IMG/VR virus record: IMGVR_UViG_3300042465_003545
Location: 1-63,748 of that record
Length of the DNA: 63,748 nt
Strand: one strand, 5' to 3'
From: a virus
Lineage: Duplodnaviria; Caudoviricetes
A program made the position numbers and the translations under genes. The notes below the pieces were generated by a model. That model was not told where the DNA came from and searched no databases. It saw only the letters and a program-made list of their open reading frames with translations. The stretch's first letter is position 1. Every line of letters begins with the position of its first letter. Of this stretch, positions 40,178 to 47,763 are shown piece by piece.

Positions 40178-40359
40178 TGAACAAACAAACTAAAAAATGC
40201 CGCCAGTGTAGCGGGGTCTTTGAGGATCATCTTTTCTACGCTAACCGCAGGGTATGTCAGGCTTGTTTTAGGGCTAGGCAGACAGCCTATTACGCTACTA
40301 ACAGGAAAGTTATATCGAAGAAAAACCTTGATAGGTATTACGATCAGAAGGAAAAGTAA
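40177..40359 (+). CDS. Small zinc-finger protein, possibly a homing-endonuclease N-terminal remnant
   Basis: KKCRQC...FY...CQAC, the same pattern as the N-terminus of the Endo VII gene at 6421; no nuclease domain. Confidence 0.6.
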   Translation: MNKQTKKCRQCSGVFEDHLFYANRRVCQACFRARQTAYYATNRKVISKKNLDRYYDQKEK

Positions 40360-40377
40360 TTTTCTTTCACTTTTCTG

Positions 40378-40406
40378 TTGACTCTTTTCTTTCTACGGAA
40401 TACCTT
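40378..40406 (+). promoter_or_regulatory. Sigma70-like promoter for the replication operon
   Basis: TTGACT-17-TACCTT. Confidence 0.5.
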
Positions 40407-40429
40407 GGTGCCTCAACCAATAAACAAAT

Positions 40430-40735
40430 ATGGAAAAAGTAAGATGGAAAAAAAGTAGTATCGTGGGGCTTAACACCCGCGCTGTCATTATCGGTAACCT
40501 CAAGAGGGTGATGGTAAGGTATAAAGGGAGAATACTGATTTGTAACCCTATTGAGAACACAGCAGACGTAAAGTTCAAACTCGTGGTATTCAACCCTAGC
40601 AATTATGGAGAGGATATGGACTATCGTATTGACCTCCTCGTAGAAAAACTCGTCATAGTCCCACTCGACAGAAGTGACTTCCTAAACCCAGCGTGCCGCT
40701 TTGGCGGGAAACAACTAGTCAGCTTTGTGCGTTAA
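40430..40735 (+). CDS. Hypothetical protein
   Basis: 101-aa ORF with an AT-rich leader. Confidence 0.65.
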   Translation: MEKVRWKKSSIVGLNTRAVIIGNLKRVMVRYKGRILICNPIENTADVKFKLVVFNPSNYGEDMDYRIDLLVEKLVIVPLDRSDFLNPACRFGGKQLVSFVR

Positions 40736-41369
40736 GATTGTGAGAAACGTAAACTGCCCAAAGACAAAAATCTACGTTCGCTGCGATGCGTTTGGGGGGT
40801 CTCCTGAAGAGTTTGAACCAGCGTGGTTGGTGTCCGTAAGAGCGATGCGTAACCGACCACTATGCTTCCAAGCATGGATTGAAAAGTATGCAGCGTGCTA
40901 CGATAAGATTCCACCTCAGTGTATCTACTGGTATGAGCCAGACGGTGACCAGCTCGATCTGCCACTGCACAAAGTTCAGATGTGGGAGTGTCTCTCTGGC
41001 TCGATTGAGTTGTGGCAGAAGTCCCAGCTTGCTGATGTCCCGATGCTTGTGAATTTAGGCGAAGGCAAATCCATCACGGGCCACTATTGGTTTACGCTGG
41101 ACTTCCTTCCAGAAGGTAATTCTTTAGGCGTTATGGATATCGGAGACGTAGAGCTTCTTGAGGAACATAAAGAAGGCAACGTGATTAAACTTGCCAACGG
41201 CCAAATTGCAATCTATCCCAACAACCGTCTGAAGTGGATGCCGATCAGCTTAACACCTAAAGAAGCTGGCGCACGTATTCCAGACTGGAACGTCGCTACC
41301 AACGAACAGTGGGACGACTGGTGGCAGGACTCAACTGAATTTTTAGGCGATGCTAAATGGGCTTACTAA
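40725..41369 (+). CDS. Conserved phage hypothetical protein
   Basis: 214 aa; ...QMWEC...YWFTLD...EHKEGNVIKLANGQIAIYPNNR, a pattern I recall from aquatic phages. Confidence 0.75.
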   Translation: MCVKIVRNVNCPKTKIYVRCDAFGGSPEEFEPAWLVSVRAMRNRPLCFQAWIEKYAACYDKIPPQCIYWYEPDGDQLDLPLHKVQMWECLSGSIELWQKSQLADVPMLVNLGEGKSITGHYWFTLDFLPEGNSLGVMDIGDVELLEEHKEGNVIKLANGQIAIYPNNRLKWMPISLTPKEAGARIPDWNVATNEQWDDWWQDSTEFLGDAKWAY

Positions 41370-41392
41370 TAAACAACTATGAACACACTACA

Positions 41393-41656
41393 ATGAGCGA
41401 TAGGCCAAGAGGCTTCGTTGGCGGAACGTGCGATTATTGCGAAGGAACTGTGCAACCTGAAGAAACAAGCCATCACATAACTTTTAAATTAAGGCATAGG
41501 CTAGCTTCCGAAAACCCACGAATAGTTGAATATTGTTTCAGTGATCGTCCCGATGAAATCTTTACTGATCGTGATCTTTTAATCAAACATCGTGGGCTTA
41601 CTCACGAAGAACTTCAGCAAACCGTAACCGTAATCCCCACCCACACCTCTCTATGA
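41393..41656 (+). CDS. Small hypothetical protein
   Basis: Probable ATG at 41393 (MSDRPRG...CDYC). Confidence 0.55.
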   Translation: MSDRPRGFVGGTCDYCEGTVQPEETSHHITFKLRHRLASENPRIVEYCFSDRPDEIFTDRDLLIKHRGLTHEELQQTVTVIPTHTSL

Positions 41657-41973
41657 ATACACCAAAAGACTCAACGGAAGACTGTTGTCATCCCACGCCT
41701 TGTTCGGCTGCTTGCCCCAAGTGCGGCAGCATGGACATCCACCGCCATCATCGCGCCCCGAAAGAAGAGTGGTCGCGCAATATCGGGGAGAACCGCAAGA
41801 ACTACGAAACGCCGTGGGTCAGCTATGTCGGATACTCCGCAAAAGCTCTCAAGGAGTGCATTACCCACCACTGCCGCTGCTGCCAGTGGAAATGGGAATC
41901 CGATTGTCTGCCGAACACCGATGTGGATGCATCGGCGGTCGCCGCCACTCCGAATCAAAATCAAACTCCCTAA
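41653..41973 (+). CDS. Cassette-1 gene: zinc-ribbon protein whose termini are encoded by attC-like arms
   Basis: CPKCGS...CRCCQWKW; the N-terminus reads through CACGCCTTGTTCGGC and the C-terminus through GCCGAAC. Confidence 0.7.
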   Translation: MNTPKDSTEDCCHPTPCSAACPKCGSMDIHRHHRAPKEEWSRNIGENRKNYETPWVSYVGYSAKALKECITHHCRCCQWKWESDCLPNTDVDASAVAATPNQNQTP

Positions 41974-42031
41974 TCACATGGAAAATCAAATACAGAGCGC
42001 CCCGCCGATTGCATCTCACGCCTTGTTCGCA
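41910..42031 (-). mobile_element. attC-like recombination site (122 bp), canonical on the minus strand
   Basis: Minus strand reads TGCGAAC-AAGGC-GTG(A)GATGCA(A)TCGGCGG...CCGCCGA-TGCATC-CAC-ATCGGT-GTTCGGC: R''/L''/L'/R' boxes, 5- and 6-nt spacers, two unpaired bases. Confidence 0.75.
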
Positions 42032-42241
42032 TCTTTGATCCACGATCTAAAATCAAAGACCATCACCCTAAAAGATGCAGCTAATCGGCTGCGAACTGAA
42101 GGGAAAATGCGGTGCAACTGTGATCTCGATAACTGGGAGCCGCTGAAGTCAACGGGTCACTCCCATGTGTGTCTGATACACATCACTGCCACGGGACTGA
42201 AAAACAGCCCGTATGATTATGTTGCGAACAGCCACGTATGA
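41978..42241 (+). CDS. Cassette-2 gene: small Cys/His protein starting inside the attC loop
   Basis: MENQIQSAPPIASHALFA...RCNCDLDNWEP...GHSHVCLIH...ANSHV*. Confidence 0.7.
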   Translation: MENQIQSAPPIASHALFASLIHDLKSKTITLKDAANRLRTEGKMRCNCDLDNWEPLKSTGHSHVCLIHITATGLKNSPYDYVANSHV

Positions 42242-42242
42242 G

Positions 42243-42323
42243 TGCCACGCAACCGCTGCCCAACGAGCCGAGGCTTTCCTCCGCACGATTGGAAAGTGGA
42301 CAACCAACCAGAACGTAATATGA
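42243..42323 (+). pseudogene. 3' remnant of a paralog of the next gene
   Basis: Reads CHATAAQRAEAFLRTIGKW...*, compared with CAPATQRAEAFLKTLGLW in 42320-42664; no start codon. Confidence 0.65.
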
Positions 42324-42664
42324 ACAAAGAACAACAAAGAATCGCCATCGCGGAGGCTTGTGGGTGGACGGTGGAGAGGGACAGCGAAGGATATTGGAGA
42401 GCCAGAGACGGGATCGGAAACTACACATTTGAGCTTTGGATAAGCGAAAGCAATGTGTGGAGTGTTGGCCTTCCAGACTACCTCAACGACCTCAACGCGA
42501 TGCACGAAGCTGAAAAGTTATTAGATGGCATGGATCAAATTACATATCTCGCAAAACTGCACGAGGGCAATCATTATTGCTCGTGGGCTGGGACATGCGC
42601 CCCCGCCACACAACGAGCAGAAGCGTTCCTGAAAACCCTTGGACTATGGAAGAAAGAACAATGA
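42320..42664 (+). CDS. Small phage protein, paralog of 18381-18734
   Basis: QRIAIAEACGW...PDYLNDLNAMHEAE...QRAEAFLKTLGLW. Confidence 0.8.
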   Translation: MNKEQQRIAIAEACGWTVERDSEGYWRARDGIGNYTFELWISESNVWSVGLPDYLNDLNAMHEAEKLLDGMDQITYLAKLHEGNHYCSWAGTCAPATQRAEAFLKTLGLWKKEQ

Positions 42665-43023
42665 ACGAGACAGAGACACCGAGGACGGACGAAATGCGTG
42701 AAGCTTACGTGAGTTTCCAACACGGCAAATATACCGTCGATGTGGGGGATGTTTTTGACTTTGCCAGAAAACTTGAACGCGAGCTTGCCGCCATGACCAA
42801 GCAGAGGGACGAGGCGCGGGAGTTGCACAGAAAAGCTTTGCGCGAACGAGAGGCAACAGAAAAGGAAGTTGATGCAATGCTGGAACGAGCGCACAAAGCA
42901 GAGCGCGAGCGGGATGAAGCACGTCGCCTTGCCGAGAAATACCGCTACTTGTCATGCGACAGCCTAGAAAAAGCTGATGAAACGCTGCTGCCTTGGGAAA
43001 TAACAACCCCGAATGAACCATGA
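42661..43023 (+). CDS. Coiled-coil phage protein (TPRTD...ARKLEREL type)
   Basis: ATG overlaps the upstream stop; RDEAR occurs twice. Confidence 0.75.
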   Translation: MNETETPRTDEMREAYVSFQHGKYTVDVGDVFDFARKLERELAAMTKQRDEARELHRKALREREATEKEVDAMLERAHKAERERDEARRLAEKYRYLSCDSLEKADETLLPWEITTPNEP

Positions 43024-43080
43024 ACGACACACCGACACCAAGGACGGATGCTCATTTCAAACAACCACAAACCATTGACA

Positions 43081-44388
43081 ATGAAAACACTATACCCAGC
43101 ACAAGACGCTGCCGCAAAATCACACGTGCTACGCCTAGCAAGAGGAGGAGCCTCTCTCGACACATCAGACACAGGGACGGGTAAGACTGTCGTTGCCGCG
43201 ATGGTAGCGCGTAACTTTAACCACGTATGTATCGTGTGCCCTAAAATTGTAATACCATCTTGGGAGCGGGAACTCAGAGACATGGGCGTCGAACCGTTGT
43301 TCATCATGAACTACGAAAAGCTACGCACAGGCAATACTACGTTTGTAACCAAAGCAGCTAAGACATTCACGTGGCACGTGCCTAACGATACGCTCATCAT
43401 TTGGGACGAGGTGCATAAATGCAAATCGCCCATATCCCAAAACGCAGCGATGCTCATAGCTTCAGTGAGCGCGGGACTACGCAACCTCATGCTGTCTGCT
43501 ACCGCTGCTAAAGACCCCACAGAGATGAGGGCTATCGGATACGCACTCGGACTCCACAACCTTAACAAGGATACCCCTAAGCTAAAAGGATGGGTGCGCT
43601 GGATGCGTGAATACGGCTGTCGCATGGACCCGTTTCGGAAGTGGGTAGCGGGAGCCCTCAAGCATCTTGTTAGACTCAATGCTGACATCTATCCTGCACA
43701 CGCTTCCCGAGTCCGTGTTAGTGATCTCCCTAGCGCTTTCATGGACAACCGTGTGATAACTGAACCACTCTTATTTTCGACGTCAACAGACATTAAAGAC
43801 CTTTACTCAGATACTATATCAGAGATGCTTCTCGGACTCGCGTCAGGTGAGCACAAGATGGAGCCCCACGCACTGACGCAGATACTCCGTGTTCGACAAC
43901 TCGTCGAAGCCCACAAAGTATCGGATACATGCCAACTCATTAACGACGCAGTGGATCAGGGGTTCAGCGTAGCCGTGTTCGTAAACTTTACAGACACCGT
44001 CAACATGTTCCTGAGAAACTTTCCTGACGCCGCAGTCATCGTTGGGGGACAGAGCGCGGAAGAAAGAGAGCGACAAGTCCAGCTATTCCAAAACGATGAA
44101 CGCCGCGTAATCATCTGCAACACATCGGCTGGTGGTGTCGGGGTATCCCTCCACGACACCCACGGTAATTTCCCGCGTATGTCGCTGATCAACCCCACGT
44201 ATAACGCAGTCGACTACACCCAAACACTGGGTAGAATTTACCGTAATGGGGCGAAGTCGAACGCTATCCAACGCGTCCTGATCGCTTCAGATACAATAGA
44301 AGAAGAAATAATTTCAATAATTGAAAGAAAAAGATTGCAATACTCCACACTCCACGATATAACAACCCCAGCACAAACTAAATCTTAA
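43081..44388 (+). CDS. Superfamily 2 helicase
   Basis: DTGTGKT, WDEVH, LSAT, GGVGVSL and QTLGRIYR. Confidence 0.9.
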   Translation: MKTLYPAQDAAAKSHVLRLARGGASLDTSDTGTGKTVVAAMVARNFNHVCIVCPKIVIPSWERELRDMGVEPLFIMNYEKLRTGNTTFVTKAAKTFTWHVPNDTLIIWDEVHKCKSPISQNAAMLIASVSAGLRNLMLSATAAKDPTEMRAIGYALGLHNLNKDTPKLKGWVRWMREYGCRMDPFRKWVAGALKHLVRLNADIYPAHASRVRVSDLPSAFMDNRVITEPLLFSTSTDIKDLYSDTISEMLLGLASGEHKMEPHALTQILRVRQLVEAHKVSDTCQLINDAVDQGFSVAVFVNFTDTVNMFLRNFPDAAVIVGGQSAEERERQVQLFQNDERRVIICNTSAGGVGVSLHDTHGNFPRMSLINPTYNAVDYTQTLGRIYRNGAKSNAIQRVLIASDTIEEEIISIIERKRLQYSTLHDITTPAQTKS

Positions 44389-44391
44389 ATC

Positions 44392-45537
44392 ATGAACCAA
44401 GATAACACACCAAATCACCAAGACCGCGACCACGCTAAGTTTAGTCCGAGTCAACTTAAATGCCTACACGAGTGCGCGGGTTACCACGGACGAGACGGCA
44501 ACAGCGAAGCAAGTTTAATGGGGACGAGAATCCATGAGGCTCTTGAAATCAGAGACCCATCTACGCTAAAGTCCGAGAAGGAGCACGAGATCTATGAGAT
44601 CGCCCTAAGAGAAGAAGAGGAACTTTACATGTCCTGCTTTGGGGACCTAGCAGATGTTACCGTCATCAAAGAAATGAAAATGACTATTTCTATTGACGCG
44701 GAGACCCCGATGTTCGGGACGGCTGACATCGTAGCTTTCAAAGATGACGTAGCACTGTGCGCCGACTATAAAACAGGCATCAGCATGATCGACGAGCCCC
44801 GCGATAACTGGCAAGCTATGGCTTACGTCTTAGGTATCTTTCAAAAGTACCCACAAATTAACACGGTACACTTTGCGTTCATTATCCCTCAGCGTAACGA
44901 GGTGCCCGTAGGATCGTTCCTTAGAGATGAAGAGCAGTCCCTACGTAAAAACATTTCTGAAGTCGTTCGTCGCGCAGAGGTTACTCGACCTAAGTGGGAC
45001 AGCAAGTCAATGGATATGGATGACCTTAATCCTAACATGAACTGCCGTTTCTGCCGCTACGAAGACACTTGTCCTGCGCTCGTCGGAGTGTGTTTAGAGA
45101 TAGCCAATCGCTACGCCCCACAGTTGCTTCCTGAAGGAACTCTACACGTGTCCGATACGGATAACCCAGACCATATAGCGAAGCTATTTATCGTAGCCCG
45201 TATCGTCGAAGACTGGGCTAGTCACGTAAAACTTAAAGCTATCACTATGGCTAAAGAGGGTATCGAACTCAAGGGTCTCAAGATGCGCTCGTTAGGCGCT
45301 AGGACTATAGTTAAAGACCCGACAGCCATCTTAGAGGATGCTATCTCCAGAGGGCTCCAACTATACGACGTGTTGGAGTGCAGTAGCATCAGTGTTAGTA
45401 ATCTCTGTGACCGTGTGACAGCCCATGCTGCACGTGGGACAAAGACAAAAGCCGAGCGCGAATACTACGACGACCTTGAGTCTTGTGGTGCAATCACCAA
45501 GTCTGAGGTTAACTACACGCTGACCCCTATTAAATAA
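44392..45537 (+). CDS. Cas4-like PD-(D/E)XK exonuclease (DUF2800-like)
   Basis: HAKFSPS...C, GTRIH, E, FGTAD, DYKTG, QAMAY and CRFC...CP. Confidence 0.85.
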   Translation: MNQDNTPNHQDRDHAKFSPSQLKCLHECAGYHGRDGNSEASLMGTRIHEALEIRDPSTLKSEKEHEIYEIALREEEELYMSCFGDLADVTVIKEMKMTISIDAETPMFGTADIVAFKDDVALCADYKTGISMIDEPRDNWQAMAYVLGIFQKYPQINTVHFAFIIPQRNEVPVGSFLRDEEQSLRKNISEVVRRAEVTRPKWDSKSMDMDDLNPNMNCRFCRYEDTCPALVGVCLEIANRYAPQLLPEGTLHVSDTDNPDHIAKLFIVARIVEDWASHVKLKAITMAKEGIELKGLKMRSLGARTIVKDPTAILEDAISRGLQLYDVLECSSISVSNLCDRVTAHAARGTKTKAEREYYDDLESCGAITKSEVNYTLTPIK

Positions 45538-45610
45538 TTTCACTACTATAGAAGTAGTAAACGCATGACACCGCGATAGGGTCGCAAATCGTAAACATAA
45601 ATCATATATC

Positions 45611-46312
45611 ATGAGTGCTAAACAAAATGATGGAGCAGCTAAGGCTGCTGAAGTGGCAACGGAAGTTGTCGTTATTAACACCCCACAAACCACAGCAATC
45701 GCAACTCCTTCGAGCTCGTTCTCCTGCCACGTAAACAGTGACATTGAGATTCCTCGTCTGAACGTCATCCAAAAGATGTCGGAAGTTGAGGGTGACTTAG
45801 GTAGTGTTGTTCTTGATAAGCAAGAGCAAATCGTCAATGCCAAAGAGAGCATCAGCGTTGTTATCGTAGGTGCCCACAAACGGTTTAAGGAAGACATTCC
45901 TTTTGACGAAGAGAAGGTTCCACAGGTTGTCGACTCCCAAGAGGACGCTGATATTCTTGCCCGAACCAGCGACTACCCAGTTATTGAGTATGCGGACATC
46001 ACGATGCTTATCCCGCAGCCCGCAGGAGTTAGTGACGAGTTGTTTCCTTACACTATTGACGGTGTGAACTACCAACTCGGCAAGATCACCGTGCAGAAAG
46101 ATGCGTATCGCATGACGTTCAAGCGTCTCTTCACGTTCTTCGTGATGAACCGCACTACGCCACTGTCGACCCGCTTCTGGAAGTTTGGGACGGACGTTAT
46201 CTCCAAGGGTAAATACACTTGGTATGTGCCGACTCTCGCAGCAACGAAGGAAGAAGTTCCATTTGAGGTGCAGGAGTTTATCAAAGGTCTAACGGAAGGT
46301 GGTGCTGCGTGA
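45611..46312 (+). CDS. Putative ssDNA-binding / annealing protein
   Basis: DIEIPRLNVIQKMS...KGKYTWYVP; located between the exonuclease and polymerase genes. Confidence 0.55.
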   Translation: MSAKQNDGAAKAAEVATEVVVINTPQTTAIATPSSSFSCHVNSDIEIPRLNVIQKMSEVEGDLGSVVLDKQEQIVNAKESISVVIVGAHKRFKEDIPFDEEKVPQVVDSQEDADILARTSDYPVIEYADITMLIPQPAGVSDELFPYTIDGVNYQLGKITVQKDAYRMTFKRLFTFFVMNRTTPLSTRFWKFGTDVISKGKYTWYVPTLAATKEEVPFEVQEFIKGLTEGGAA

Positions 46313-46671
46313 GTCAAGTGTCCCCGCGAATCTTACAGGTCTTCAAAGAACTTCACGCAGACGCAGTGAACGCCATTGGTAGCCTACAAGCTAAAGAGCA
46401 TGAGATAGATACTATGGAGCTAGCACAGCGAATAACTGTCGCAGCCTACCAGTGCTATCAGAAATCTGTAAGTGCAGAAGACGCCCCCACACTGACTACA
46501 CTTTTAGAAAAGACTGCCGACATGGATGCTAAGATCAAAGGCTGGCGCGAGGAGTTTAACTTCGAGCTCAAGTCTTTGAAAGAAGGTCTTGCTAACCTTG
46601 AGTCCGATATCCGAGACATCGATCCAGACTTTGGGACCGATAAAGGTCCCGAGCTCGCCCTGTTTCAATAA
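46309..46671 (+). CDS. Hypothetical coiled-coil protein
   Basis: 120 aa; GTGA overlap with the upstream gene. Confidence 0.65.
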   Translation: MSQVSPRILQVFKELHADAVNAIGSLQAKEHEIDTMELAQRITVAAYQCYQKSVSAEDAPTLTTLLEKTADMDAKIKGWREEFNFELKSLKEGLANLESDIRDIDPDFGTDKGPELALFQ

Positions 46672-46682
46672 CACCTAACCTA

Positions 46683-46708
46683 GCGGGGCTCCTATTCAGG
46701 AGTCCCGC
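46683..46708. terminator. Intergenic GC-rich hairpin
   Basis: GCGGGGCTCCT-ATTC-AGGAGTCCCGC; no U tract follows. Confidence 0.4.
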
Positions 46709-46736
46709 AACCCTTATCTAAAGATAAAATACATAT

Positions 46737-47759
46737 ATGACAACCACTCTACTTACTATTACCGATCCCGAAATTCCTACTGAAATTACGCAAGACGTGA
46801 TTGGTAGCTTTACTGAACTAGCCTCACGACTTTCATCCGTTGGACAGACGGCTACTGACATTTTACGAAAGAACCCAGATAGCGATGACGTCGCTACTGA
46901 GGCTCGCGATTGCCGTCTACAGATGGTTCGTGTACGCACGGATACTGAACGAACTCGTAAAGAGCTACTTAAACCCATTGATCTTCGCCGCAAGGCAATC
47001 AACGGCGCTGCTGCTATCTTTGAGGACAAGGCGTCGCAGATCGAAGCACAACTACGCCCGATCGAGGACGCCGCCGAGACTCGCAAAGAAGAGCGTCGTC
47101 GCCAGCTACACGATGATCGACTTACTGAGATTTCTGTCTTCCTACAAGGAGATTTGCTGACCCCATACTCTCTTATGGATCTTGGTTCCAAATCAAATAA
47201 AGATTTCTTGGACATCGTTAATTCCGCTAAGTCAACTGCGGAGAGTCTCGCGGCTAAGAAAGCTGAGGAGGAACTAGCCCGCATGGAAGAAGAGCGCGTA
47301 GCCGCAGAACTCGAAGCTCAACGCCAAGTTGAATTAGCTGAAGCCCAGCGCGTAGCCGCAGAACTCGAAGCTCAACGCCAAGTTGAATTAGCTGAAGCCC
47401 AGCGCGTATCCGCAGAACTTGCAGAACTTCGTGCGCAGGTCGAAATAGCCAAACGAAAAGAGAGCGCCGAGCGTGAAGCCCGCGAGATTGCAGCAGCAAA
47501 ACAACGAGAAGCTGAAGCAGCAGAGCACAGACGTAAAGTCGAAGCAGATATAGCAGAAGCCCTTGCTGTGAAGCAACTAGCTCTCGCCCCCGACCGTGAG
47601 AAACTTACTCTGTTCTTGTATTCTGTATCTGTGGAGATTGACAAACTTGTGCCTAGTAGTTTAACTACACCAACGGGTAAGACTACTATGAGCATAGTGA
47701 GTTCTATATTGCAAAAGTCTGTGCGCGAAGCGGAGTCTGTAGTTAACTCAATGAAATAA
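46737..47759 (+). CDS. Long coiled-coil protein
   Basis: 340 aa; ARDCRLQMVRVRTDTERTRKEL...IDLRRKAING...IEAQL. Confidence 0.75.
   Translation: MTTTLLTITDPEIPTEITQDVIGSFTELASRLSSVGQTATDILRKNPDSDDVATEARDCRLQMVRVRTDTERTRKELLKPIDLRRKAINGAAAIFEDKASQIEAQLRPIEDAAETRKEERRRQLHDDRLTEISVFLQGDLLTPYSLMDLGSKSNKDFLDIVNSAKSTAESLAAKKAEEELARMEEERVAAELEAQRQVELAEAQRVAAELEAQRQVELAEAQRVSAELAELRAQVEIAKRKESAEREAREIAAAKQREAEAAEHRRKVEADIAEALAVKQLALAPDREKLTLFLYSVSVEIDKLVPSSLTTPTGKTTMSIVSSILQKSVREAESVVNSMK
47293..47419 (+). repeat. 54-bp in-frame tandem repeat (about 2.3 copies)
   Basis: Encodes RVAAELEAQRQVELAEAQ; copies start at 47293, 47347 and 47401. Confidence 0.9.
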
Positions 47760-47763
47760 TATT

